From Syntrophales bacterium (GTDB lineage: Bacteria; Desulfobacterota; Syntrophia; Syntrophales; UBA2210), in contig CAXXNF010000002.1 of the NCBI GenBank assembly GCA_963666365.2, positions 1,440,001 to 1,504,000 of the forward strand: a stretch of 64,000 bases of DNA, read 5' to 3'. A program made the position numbers and the translations under genes. The notes beneath the pieces were generated by a model, which was not told the DNA's origin, ran no database searches, and saw nothing but the letters and a program-made list of their open reading frames with translations. Below are positions 49,309 through 58,418 of the stretch, one piece after another (the stretch's first letter is position 1; every line of letters begins with the position of its first letter).

Positions 49309-51057
49309 ATGCGTAGAATTCTCTTAACCATGGTTGTTGTTGCAGCGGCCCTCACACTGTGCTGGTCACAGGCGGAGGCCGCGGGAACTCCGGTCAACAC
49401 ATCCATCACCAACCAGGCCTATGCCGATTACAAGGACGCCAACGGCAACGACCGGCCGCGGGTCACCTCGAACACGGTCACCACCGTGGTCAGCCAGGTG
49501 GCCTCCGTCTCGAGTACTCCGGCGACGGCCTCACACAACGGCATCGCAGGCACCGATGTGGAATATCCGGCGGAGATCTGCAATAAGGGGAACGGGTCAG
49601 ACACGATCACCCTGGCAGCGGTAAACGACCAGGGATGGACTGTCACGATCTATCCCGATCTCAACGGAAACGGCGTGTGGGATTCGGGCACCGAAGGCAC
49701 GCCTGTGGCAAATACGGGATCGCTGGCCGCCGATCAGTGCTATAAAGTGATCGTAATGGTGTCCGTACCGGCAGGGACGGCAAACGGGACCATCGGCACG
49801 ACCACGCTCACCGCCACATCCACCTATAACGGTACCGTATCCGACACGTCCGTCTTTACGACTAACGCCCAGTCGGCGGTGCTCACACTTATAAAATCGG
49901 GCACGCCGGCCAATCCGAAACCGGGCGATACCATTACCTACGCGATCACCGGCAGCAACAGCGGCGGCACCGCTTACAGCGTCCGCGTCATCGACGCCAT
50001 TCCCGCCAACACCACCTACGTGACGGGGAGTATGAAGGCCGGTCCCGTGGGGGGCGAGTACGCCACTGCCTATGCAATGACGGATGCGAACGATTCGGAA
50101 AATCTGACCTACACGGTGGGGGCCGACACGGCGATCGCCAATGCCTACTATGATTCGGGCGCAACACAGATTCAGCTCGACTGGTCCCAGTGCCCTCCGG
50201 CGGGGGTCTTCTACTTCCAGGTAAAGGTAAACAGCGACGTCGCCTCGGGGACGGGCATCACCAATACGGCCACGGCCTCTTACGGCCTGCTCGACAACGG
50301 ACTGCGCCCCTACACCGAATCGACCAACGGCGCCACAGTCACCGTGGCCACCCTGCCGGGTGTTGATCTCTATTCCGACGGAACCGGCACGGGCGATCCC
50401 GGCGACCAGATGGTCTACCCCTTTACCGTCAAAAATACAGGAAACGCCACCGACACCTTCGATTTCACCTACACCTCGTCGGCGGGGTGGACCTGGGTTA
50501 TCTGGCGGGATGTGGACGGCAACGGCATTCCCGGCACCGATGGCGATGTTGCCGTCACCGATTCGGGCGATCTGGCTGCCGGGGCAACGGGGTCGTTCCT
50601 GGCCGTCGCCACCATACCGGCCGGCCAGGCTGACGGGACCGTCGACACCGTGGTCGTTACCGGTAAATCCCGCATCGACACGGGCGTAAGCGACACGGCC
50701 ACCTTCGCCACCACCGTCACGGCGCCGGTGCTGACCATCACCAAGACCGTGTCCCCCACGGGGAATCAGCCTCCGGGGACGGTGCTCACCTACCAGGCGA
50801 CGGTCACGAATGTCGGCACGGGCGTGGCTACAAGCATCATCATTGCCGACATGGTGCCCCAGTACACCACCTATGTGGCGGGCTCCATCAAAACAGGGGG
50901 CACGGCAGGCTCGCTTGTCGCACGGACCGACGCCTCCGACGGCGACGGCGGCCGCTACGACGCGGGGACCAACGCCGTCACGGCGGGAGGAGCGGGCGTG
51001 CTGAGCCTGGGGGCCGGCGGCACCTGGGTGCTGGAGTTCAAGGTGACCATCGACTAA
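49309..51057 (+). CDS. Secreted DUF11/Ig tandem protein (putative major pilin)
   Basis: GGGGAGGT RBS; signal peptide ...AEA; AGTPVNTSITNQA start; internal duplication; ends FKVTID. Confidence 0.8.
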   Translation: MRRILLTMVVVAAALTLCWSQAEAAGTPVNTSITNQAYADYKDANGNDRPRVTSNTVTTVVSQVASVSSTPATASHNGIAGTDVEYPAEICNKGNGSDTITLAAVNDQGWTVTIYPDLNGNGVWDSGTEGTPVANTGSLAADQCYKVIVMVSVPAGTANGTIGTTTLTATSTYNGTVSDTSVFTTNAQSAVLTLIKSGTPANPKPGDTITYAITGSNSGGTAYSVRVIDAIPANTTYVTGSMKAGPVGGEYATAYAMTDANDSENLTYTVGADTAIANAYYDSGATQIQLDWSQCPPAGVFYFQVKVNSDVASGTGITNTATASYGLLDNGLRPYTESTNGATVTVATLPGVDLYSDGTGTGDPGDQMVYPFTVKNTGNATDTFDFTYTSSAGWTWVIWRDVDGNGIPGTDGDVAVTDSGDLAAGATGSFLAVATIPAGQADGTVDTVVVTGKSRIDTGVSDTATFATTVTAPVLTITKTVSPTGNQPPGTVLTYQATVTNVGTGVATSIIIADMVPQYTTYVAGSIKTGGTAGSLVARTDASDGDGGRYDAGTNAVTAGGAGVLSLGAGGTWVLEFKVTID

Positions 51058-51090
51058 GGGGCCGACAAGGCCGGTGAGAGAGAAGACGCT

Positions 51091-54000
51091 GTGACGAAGA
51101 AGATGCGGCGGAATACTACGCATTTTGTCCTTTACTGGTGCATACTGATGGTGTGCCTGTGGCACGCCTGCACCGGAGGGACACCTGCGTACGCCGCATC
51201 GCCTCCCGTCGGCACCGCCATCACGAACCGCGCCACCGTCGCGTACCACGACGCCAACGGGAACCTGCTGCCCGAGGCAAGCGCCACCGTGTCCACCATC
51301 GTTTCCGGCGCACCGGTGCTTGCCGTCACGAAAACTGCAAGCGCCGATATCGTCAGCGCCGGCGATTTACTGACCTACACCATCACCTGTGAAAACAGGG
51401 GGAATGCCGACGCCCTTTCGACGGTCGTCGTCGATCATCTGCCCGCGGAAGTGATTTTCCTCAGCGCATCGACCGGCGGCGCCTACAGCTCAGGACCGCC
51501 GGCAGGCGGCAGCGTCGCATGGAATCCGGGAACCCTCGCGGCCGGTGAACGCATTTCCCTCTGGGTCGAGGTACGGGTAAAGGCGGGTCTCGCCGTCGGT
51601 ACGATGATAGACAATACCGCCGACATCACCTCGGCCGAGGGCGCATCGGCGGCGGCGGCACAGTCCGCACGCGTGGGGTTCGCACCGAATCTTTCCATCA
51701 CAAAATCCGCTGTACAGGGCACGGTCACACCGGGAGGGACAATCACCTATACCATCGACTACAAAAACAGCGGGAATCAGACCGCATCCTTCGTTTCCAT
51801 CGGCGACACGCTTCCCGCCGGTACCACCTATGTTGACGGTTCTTCCACGGCAGACGTCACGGTCAAGGGCGGTCTGCTCTCATGGTCCATCGGATCGATA
51901 CCGGCCGGTGTGCAGGGGTCGGTCACTTTTCAGGTAACGATATCACCGGCGGCCTCTGAAGGCGACATGGTGCGGAACACGGCCGCGCTGACCAGCAAGG
52001 AAGGGGGCACCATTTCGTCAAATACGGTCGCCACCGCCGTGGTCGCATCTCCTCCGCTGATTGTGGCTAAAACGGGAGTCCCCGATCCGGTGCGGGCAGG
52101 AGATACCATTACCTATACCATCGTGGTGACAAACGGCGCGTCGACTCCCGTGACGGGACTTCTCATCACCGATCCACTGCCGGCACATACCGCCTTCGTC
52201 AGCGCCGACGCGGGAGGCGTCCTCAGCGGCGACAGCGTCGTCTGGTCCGCGGGAACACTCGCGGGAGGGGCGTCAACGACGGTCAGACTGGTGGTGCAGG
52301 CGCTGCCGTTCAGCGATCCCAATCCCGTCATTGCCAACAGGGTCTCGGCAGCGGCCAACGAGGCGCTTCTGCAGACGGCCTCGACCACGACCTCCGTCAT
52401 CTGCCGCACTCCGGCGGCGATACGCTTTCTTGATGCAGCATCGACGCCCACGAACCGGTATTCCGTGGGTGACATGATCTGCATGGAAGTGTCCGATCCC
52501 GATCAGAACCGCGATCCCCTCACGGCGGAGACGGTCACGGTCCGCATCACGACATCCGGCACCGGCGACGCGGAAACGATCATCCTCACGGAAACAGACA
52601 TCAATACGGGCGTATTCCACTCATGTCTGCCTTCCGATACCGGACCCACCGTTCAGCAGAACGGCATCCTCACCGTAGCTTCCGACATCACCGTCACGGT
52701 AGCCTACGAAGATCCGCTGGATGCCCTCTGCGGATACCAGGCGGAATCGACGGCCGATGTCCTGATCGACCCCTTCGGCGTCGTCTTCAATTCCATCACC
52801 GGGCTTCCCGTGGCCGACGCCACGGTCACCCTGATTGACGATGCCACGGGACTGGCGGCGGCGCTTCCGCTCAACCCGAAAACCGGCGCAGTTCAGCCCA
52901 ACCCGGTGGTCACAAAGGCGGACGGCGCCTTCCAGTTTGAATACGTCAGCCCGGGAACCTATCATTTTACCGTCGGCACGCCTGCAGGCTACCTGTGGCC
53001 CTCGGCCGTGCCCAATACGGAGCTGCGCCTGTCCTGGCCCGCTTTCGTCATCGACGACAACGGCTCCAAGGGTGAATCCTTCACCCTGACCGCCGCCTCT
53101 CCGCCGCTCAACATCGATCTGCCCCTGGATCCTCCCGGCGGATCCTTCGTGGTTGAAAAAACGGCGGACAAGAGCGCTGCATCCGTAGGCGATCTGGTAC
53201 AGTACACGGTGACGGTCTCGAACAACGGCGCCTCTCCTATCGGATCGATTGCCGTCCATGATGCCATGCCGCACGGCGTTCGGTATCTGAACGGCTCATC
53301 GCGCCTCGGCGGGGTGAAGATCGCCGACCCGGTTCCCACCGCCGGAAGAACGGTCATATGGAACATTCCCGCACTTGCACCGGGGGATGCGGCGGCGATT
53401 ACCTTCAGGGCCCTTGTCGGTCCCGACAGTCATCGGGGCACGGGACGAAATACGGCATGGGCCTCGGGAACGACCGTGGGCGCCGCGGTGTCTTCCAGCA
53501 TTGCCACCCACGACCTGAAAATCACCGAGGGGGTATTCACCTCCAGGGCGATCATCATCGGCAAGGTCTTTATCGACAGCGACGGAAACGGCCTTCAGAC
53601 AAACGACGCGGTCAGCGCCGAAACGACATCCGGCGGCGGCGCCACAGAACAATGCCATAACGAACCGGGCATTCCCGGCGTGGTCCTCTACCTGGAAGAC
53701 GGCACCCGGGTGATCACGGATCAGCACGGCAAATTCTCCATCCCGGGCGTTGCGCCGGGCACGCACGTTCTGCGGGTCGATACATCGTCACTGCCGGAAG
53801 GGGTCGAGCTTACGGCCTCATCGGGAAGATCCATGGGAGACGGCACGTCGCAGTTTATCTCTATAGGCTACGGCAGTCTCTTTAAAGCGAATTTCACGGC
53901 CCGCATGCGGGAGGGAACAGATTTCACCGCACTGCGGATTCAAAAACAGACGATCCTGAAGCCGGACCGCCCAACGGGCGCATCGGGCCGTTCCGGCGCC

Positions 54001-54294
54001 CCGGCTTCGATCACGCAGGCGCCGGAGCCCGTCGAAACAGGGACGGTTCTTACCGACACGCCGGCGGCCGCCGGCGCGAAGGCGGTGCATTCGGAAGAGA
54101 GTCCCGCTCCTCACACCACACCTCCCCTTGAGGAGCGCATTCTCACCATGTCGAAGGAACTCGCCTTCGTCAGCCCCGTCGACGGCGCTATCATCGCCGG
54201 CGATTCCACCGCCGTGGTGATCAAGGCGCCGGCAGGATCGACGCCCGCCCTTTCCGTCAACGGGCGCACCATCGGCAATGATAAAATCGGTTAA
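51091..54294 (+). CDS. N-terminal half of large DUF11/SdrD-B-like surface protein (frameshifted)
   Basis: Signal peptide ...AYA; four DUF11 repeats; DPFGVVFNS...G.PV domain; IIGKVFIDSDGNG...EPGIPGVVLYLEDGT; stops mid-domain at IGNDKIG*. Confidence 0.8.
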   Translation: MTKKMRRNTTHFVLYWCILMVCLWHACTGGTPAYAASPPVGTAITNRATVAYHDANGNLLPEASATVSTIVSGAPVLAVTKTASADIVSAGDLLTYTITCENRGNADALSTVVVDHLPAEVIFLSASTGGAYSSGPPAGGSVAWNPGTLAAGERISLWVEVRVKAGLAVGTMIDNTADITSAEGASAAAAQSARVGFAPNLSITKSAVQGTVTPGGTITYTIDYKNSGNQTASFVSIGDTLPAGTTYVDGSSTADVTVKGGLLSWSIGSIPAGVQGSVTFQVTISPAASEGDMVRNTAALTSKEGGTISSNTVATAVVASPPLIVAKTGVPDPVRAGDTITYTIVVTNGASTPVTGLLITDPLPAHTAFVSADAGGVLSGDSVVWSAGTLAGGASTTVRLVVQALPFSDPNPVIANRVSAAANEALLQTASTTTSVICRTPAAIRFLDAASTPTNRYSVGDMICMEVSDPDQNRDPLTAETVTVRITTSGTGDAETIILTETDINTGVFHSCLPSDTGPTVQQNGILTVASDITVTVAYEDPLDALCGYQAESTADVLIDPFGVVFNSITGLPVADATVTLIDDATGLAAALPLNPKTGAVQPNPVVTKADGAFQFEYVSPGTYHFTVGTPAGYLWPSAVPNTELRLSWPAFVIDDNGSKGESFTLTAASPPLNIDLPLDPPGGSFVVEKTADKSAASVGDLVQYTVTVSNNGASPIGSIAVHDAMPHGVRYLNGSSRLGGVKIADPVPTAGRTVIWNIPALAPGDAAAITFRALVGPDSHRGTGRNTAWASGTTVGAAVSSSIATHDLKITEGVFTSRAIIIGKVFIDSDGNGLQTNDAVSAETTSGGGATEQCHNEPGIPGVVLYLEDGTRVITDQHGKFSIPGVAPGTHVLRVDTSSLPEGVELTASSGRSMGDGTSQFISIGYGSLFKANFTARMREGTDFTALRIQKQTILKPDRPTGASGRSGAPASITQAPEPVETGTVLTDTPAAAGAKAVHSEESPAPHTTPPLEERILTMSKELAFVSPVDGAIIAGDSTAVVIKAPAGSTPALSVNGRTIGNDKIG

Positions 54295-57220
54295 AACGGT
54301 GACCCATAGTAAAGGAAAGGTTGCCCTCTTCGAATACATAGGGGTGCCTCTCGATCCCGGCGCTCCCAATGTGCTGACCGTCTCCGTGACGGATCCCTTC
54401 GGGAACAGGCGAGGCAGCGCGTCCGTCACCGTCGAGACCGTCGGCGAGGCGGATCGCATTCTTCTGTCGGCGGATCGCGAAGAGGCGCCCGCCGACGGTA
54501 ATGCGACGATTGAGGTCACCGTCTCAATCGTCGACCGGAAAGGGCATCCCGTCCCCTACGCGGCGCCGGTCACGGTAATCGTCACCCCGGGAGAAATCAT
54601 TACCGAAGACGCCGATCCTTCGACAGAGGAAGTGCAGATTGCCTGCACAAAAGGAACCGCCCGATTTAGCGTTCGGGCACCCCGCACCTCCGGCGAAGGG
54701 AACATCAATGTCTACGCCGATGCGCTGGAAGGAAGAATGAATGTCTTCTTCTTCCCCTACCTGCGCGACCTCTTTGCCGTCGGTATCGGAGAAATCACCA
54801 TCGGCCACGGCTCGACACGAGGCGATTTCGGCTACCTCAAAGACGGCAAGTGGTTCGATGATGATCTCTACGGCGGCGCCCGGGGCGCCTTCTTCCTGAA
54901 GGGAAACATTTATAAGGACTATCTGCTCACCGCCTCCTTCGATTCAGAAAAGGAAGAGGAGGACGAACTCTTCCGCCAGTCCGACACCGACATTGAGTCT
55001 GAGGACAAGTATCCTATTTACGGGGACGAGAGCACCCTGGGCTATGAAGCTATGTCGAAGGACAAGCTCTACGTCAAGGTGGAAAAAGGTCGGTCGTCGC
55101 TGCTCTACGGCGATTATCAGACGAATCTCAACGACACGGCGCTCGCCTCATACCAGCGATCGTTCAATGGACTGAAGCTCGACCTCAACACGGATCGCTT
55201 CAAACTGCGCGCCTTCGGCAGCGAAACCGATCAGACCCAGGTCGTGGACGCCCTGCCGGGACGCGGCATTTCGGGATATTATTATCTAACCCACCGGCCG
55301 GTCATCTCCGGGTCGGAACGGGTCGTCATCGAGGTGCGGGACCGGCTGCGCCCCGACCGCGTCCTCTCCCGCGAAACCCGTGCACGCGGCAGCGACTACG
55401 ACATCGATTACGATGCAGGAACCATTCTGTTCAAGGAACCGATCCCCATACGGGACAGCGACTACAACCCCGTCTATGTCACAATCAGCTATGAAGCGGA
55501 AACGGGGGGAGAAGACTATTACATTTACGGCGGGCGAGGCGCCTTCAAGGTTCTGCCCTGGCTCGAAGTGGGCGCCACAGGCATCGTGGAAGAGCAGGCC
55601 GCCGGCGATTATACGCTTTTCGGCGGAGACGTCACGTTGACGCTTCCGGGCAATACGACGGTAAAGGCCGAATACGCCGAAACGCGGGCACTGTTCGACA
55701 TATCGAATGCCATGGTAAGGAAATCCGGCGGCGGCTGGTCCTTTGAGCTCGAATCATCGCCGATAGACCGGCTTGTCCTGTCCGGCTACTATAAGAATCT
55801 GGACGACTATTTCCAGAACATCTCCGCCACCGATGCACCGCGGGGCGTCGAAAAATACGGATTCGACGGCCGCTTTGCACTGACCGACCGCATCGAATTG
55901 AAGGGAACCTTCTTTGATGAAAAGGACAAACTGAATCATTCAAGCCACAGTTATGCCTCACTGGGAGCCCAGGCCCGGCTGGGGAAAACAAAAATCACCG
56001 CGGAACTTTCAAGGGAAACCTCCGACGATCAGTACATACCGGCCACGAGCGATTCGACGAGAAGCCCCTTCGACATGAGCGAGGAATCGCCGCGTGAACT
56101 CACGGCCGCCGGCGTCGCCCTTGAAACGGAGCTTCGCCCGAACCTGTCCCTTACCGTGGGGCACAAGCGCAACATAAAGGACGAAAACCTCCACACCTCC
56201 CAGGTAGGGCTCAACTATCAGATCAGCGAGCTCAATCGCCTCTATGTGAGGGAGGAGTACCAGAAGTACAGTGAACGGACCGAGCTGAGAACCCTCTTCG
56301 GCGTGGAATCGAAGGTCATCAAAAACACCGTCGCCTTCAATGAATACCGCCTGGTGGACGGATCGGACAGTTCCCGCAATCAGCAGGCCATCGGCCTTCG
56401 GAACAAATTCCTCCTGGCCGATCATCTGACGGGAAACCTTTCCGTCGAATACCTGAGCACCCTCTCGGGAGAGGCGAAGGAGAGCGAACCGGACGCCTTT
56501 GCCCTGGCCACGGGACTGGAATATCTCCCCCGGGATGATTTCAAGGTAACGGGACGTTTCGAACACAGAAACGAACTCTCCGGCGACGGCATCGACAGCT
56601 ATCTGGGCGAATTAGGGCTTCTGCTGAAAATCACGCCCAGCTACTCGCTGCTGGCCAAGGAACGGTTTTTTTATGAAACAAGCGGCATAACGGGCGCCCA
56701 CACCAGCTCACGCACCATGGTGGGACTTGCCTGGCGGCCCCTCTGCGACGACCGGTTCAACGGCCTTGCGAAAGCGGAATACAAGGTCGACGACAACGGC
56801 ACGATTGATCCGGATTATAAAACCACGGCCTTCATTCTATCTACAGAAGGTGTCTACCAGGTAAACAGCCGGCTCCAGCTTTCGGCCAAATACGCGGGGA
56901 AACTGTCGCGCGACAGCGAGTATTCCTCCTACACGGACCTCCTTTCGGCACGGATCATCTACGACGTGACGGACCGCATCGACCTCGGGGCCGAGTACAG
57001 AGTGCTGACAAGCCATAAAATCGGAAGCACCCTTCAGGGAGGAAATCTGGAAGTCGGCTATCGGGTGGTCAAGAACCTCTGGGTCTCCCTGGGCTATTCC
57101 TTCGACGACTTCGATGCCGATCTCATCGGCGACGACTACCAGGGAAGAGGGCCCTATGTAAAACTCCGCTTCAAGTTCAGCGAAGACTCCATAAAAAACC
57201 TCTTCAAAAAGAAAAAATGA
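54278..57220 (+). CDS. C-terminal half: Ig domains + large outer-membrane beta-barrel
   Basis: No signal peptide or RBS; PADG invasin-like Ig; GAFFLKG, YPIYGDES; long run of amphipathic strands ending YVKLRFKF + tail; joins the upstream ORF if one T is removed. Confidence 0.8.
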   Translation: MIKSVKTVTHSKGKVALFEYIGVPLDPGAPNVLTVSVTDPFGNRRGSASVTVETVGEADRILLSADREEAPADGNATIEVTVSIVDRKGHPVPYAAPVTVIVTPGEIITEDADPSTEEVQIACTKGTARFSVRAPRTSGEGNINVYADALEGRMNVFFFPYLRDLFAVGIGEITIGHGSTRGDFGYLKDGKWFDDDLYGGARGAFFLKGNIYKDYLLTASFDSEKEEEDELFRQSDTDIESEDKYPIYGDESTLGYEAMSKDKLYVKVEKGRSSLLYGDYQTNLNDTALASYQRSFNGLKLDLNTDRFKLRAFGSETDQTQVVDALPGRGISGYYYLTHRPVISGSERVVIEVRDRLRPDRVLSRETRARGSDYDIDYDAGTILFKEPIPIRDSDYNPVYVTISYEAETGGEDYYIYGGRGAFKVLPWLEVGATGIVEEQAAGDYTLFGGDVTLTLPGNTTVKAEYAETRALFDISNAMVRKSGGGWSFELESSPIDRLVLSGYYKNLDDYFQNISATDAPRGVEKYGFDGRFALTDRIELKGTFFDEKDKLNHSSHSYASLGAQARLGKTKITAELSRETSDDQYIPATSDSTRSPFDMSEESPRELTAAGVALETELRPNLSLTVGHKRNIKDENLHTSQVGLNYQISELNRLYVREEYQKYSERTELRTLFGVESKVIKNTVAFNEYRLVDGSDSSRNQQAIGLRNKFLLADHLTGNLSVEYLSTLSGEAKESEPDAFALATGLEYLPRDDFKVTGRFEHRNELSGDGIDSYLGELGLLLKITPSYSLLAKERFFYETSGITGAHTSSRTMVGLAWRPLCDDRFNGLAKAEYKVDDNGTIDPDYKTTAFILSTEGVYQVNSRLQLSAKYAGKLSRDSEYSSYTDLLSARIIYDVTDRIDLGAEYRVLTSHKIGSTLQGGNLEVGYRVVKNLWVSLGYSFDDFDADLIGDDYQGRGPYVKLRFKFSEDSIKNLFKKKK

Positions 57221-57298
57221 CGCCTGGAGACCTGACATAATTCCCTCAATCCTGACGTCACGACGCATGCAAAGAGACCTTTTGTGGCCAAAATCTTC

Positions 57299-57327
57299 TT
57301 GACACACAAGAGACGGCTTAATAAACT
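57299..57327 (+). promoter_or_regulatory. Sigma70-type promoter for the saposin-like gene
   Basis: TTGACA-N17-TAAACT. Confidence 0.7.
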
Positions 57328-57377
57328 TCGGCTCACAAAAAGGAAGTTCTTATCAATTCAATTTAAAAGGAGATCCC

Positions 57378-57710
57378 ATGCGAAAACGGTTGTTCCTTCT
57401 CTTTGCGGTGATCGCTCTGTTGCCGGCCGGTCTCTCCCAGGGGCGGCTCGCCTTGGAACCCTGCAGCGCTTACGCGGACCTGAACTGCGCGGTCTGTGAG
57501 TGGGTGATGGCCGAGGTGGACAAGTGCCCAGGGGCGACCAGGGAACAGATCGCGCAGTGCCTCGACCGCTCCTGCGCCTTCCTCCCGTACAGCGTCAGGA
57601 CCCTCTGCGATTCCTTCGTGAAGACCAAGGGCCCGCAGTGCGTGGACCTCCTGGTCGCGAAGGTCCCACCGGAACAGATCTGCACCTCGGTGGGCTCCTG
57701 CACCAAATAG
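57378..57710 (+). CDS. Secreted saposin-like (SapB-type) protein
   Basis: AAAAGGAGA RBS; signal peptide; C37-x2-C40...C66-x2-LP...C77-x2-FV...GP...P-x2-IC102-x5-C108 saposin spacing. Confidence 0.8.
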   Translation: MRKRLFLLFAVIALLPAGLSQGRLALEPCSAYADLNCAVCEWVMAEVDKCPGATREQIAQCLDRSCAFLPYSVRTLCDSFVKTKGPQCVDLLVAKVPPEQICTSVGSCTK

Positions 57711-57777
57711 GGCCCATCTCCTCTTTACCGGCCCTCCGGATGAAGGCAAGAGGGAAAAGCCAAATTACAGTTTATTT

Positions 57778-57814
57778 TCTCCGAAAAGTACAATATATCG
57801 ATACTTACTGGAGA
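57778..57814. promoter_or_regulatory. Imperfect inverted repeat, candidate AbiEi operator
   Basis: TCTCCGAAAAGTA-N11-TACTTACTGGAGA (10/13 pairing) directly before the antitoxin. Confidence 0.5.
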
Positions 57815-57818
57815 CACT

Positions 57819-58418
57819 ATGCCGAAGGATCATGCCACCCTGATGCACGAAATGCGGGATTACGCCTCGCCGAAGGCGCGTCTGACGCGGATGATCAAGT
57901 CGGGCGAGCTAATCCAGGTGCGCAGGGGGATATTTCTGGAGAAAAAAGAAACAGGATATTCCCTCAAAAGTCTCGCGTCAATCATCTACGGCCCCTCCTA
58001 TATCTCCTTTGAATACGCCCTGGGCCATTACAGGCTGATCCCGGAACGGGTTCAGGCCGTCACCTCGGCGGTGTACAACAAAAACAAGAATCGCCGCTTC
58101 CATACTCCCCTGGGCGATTTTTACTACTATTATCTTCCGGCTAAGGTCTTCCCCTATGGTGTCGTCCTGGGAGAGGAAAACGGCCAGCGCTATCTGATGG
58201 CCACGCCGGAAAAGGCGCTTTGCGACAGTCTCTACAAAACGCGGGGCATCGGCAGCGTGAAGGCCCTCAAGGCTCTGTTCTTTGAGGACTGGCGAATGGA
58301 ACGAGAGGCTGTCCTTTCCCTGGACCGGGAGAGCATTCTTTTTTTGGCCCCCCTGTACAGAAAGCAGATTTTCCCGCTGCTTCTGAATTGGTTGGAGGAC
58401 GAGGCGAATGATGCATAG
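57819..58418 (+). CDS. AbiEi-family type IV antitoxin
   Basis: wHTH LIQVRRGIF, PSYISFEYAL..Y.LIPE, ATPEKALCD. Confidence 0.88.
   Translation: MPKDHATLMHEMRDYASPKARLTRMIKSGELIQVRRGIFLEKKETGYSLKSLASIIYGPSYISFEYALGHYRLIPERVQAVTSAVYNKNKNRRFHTPLGDFYYYYLPAKVFPYGVVLGEENGQRYLMATPEKALCDSLYKTRGIGSVKALKALFFEDWRMEREAVLSLDRESILFLAPLYRKQIFPLLLNWLEDEANDA

Noticed and set aside
49597..51249. 550-aa antisense ORF, and similar long shadow ORFs (3272-4312, 10527-11645, 25993-27114, 33622-35016, 47814-48920)
   Set aside because: Opposite well-supported genes; expected from GC-rich codon bias; no recognisable motifs
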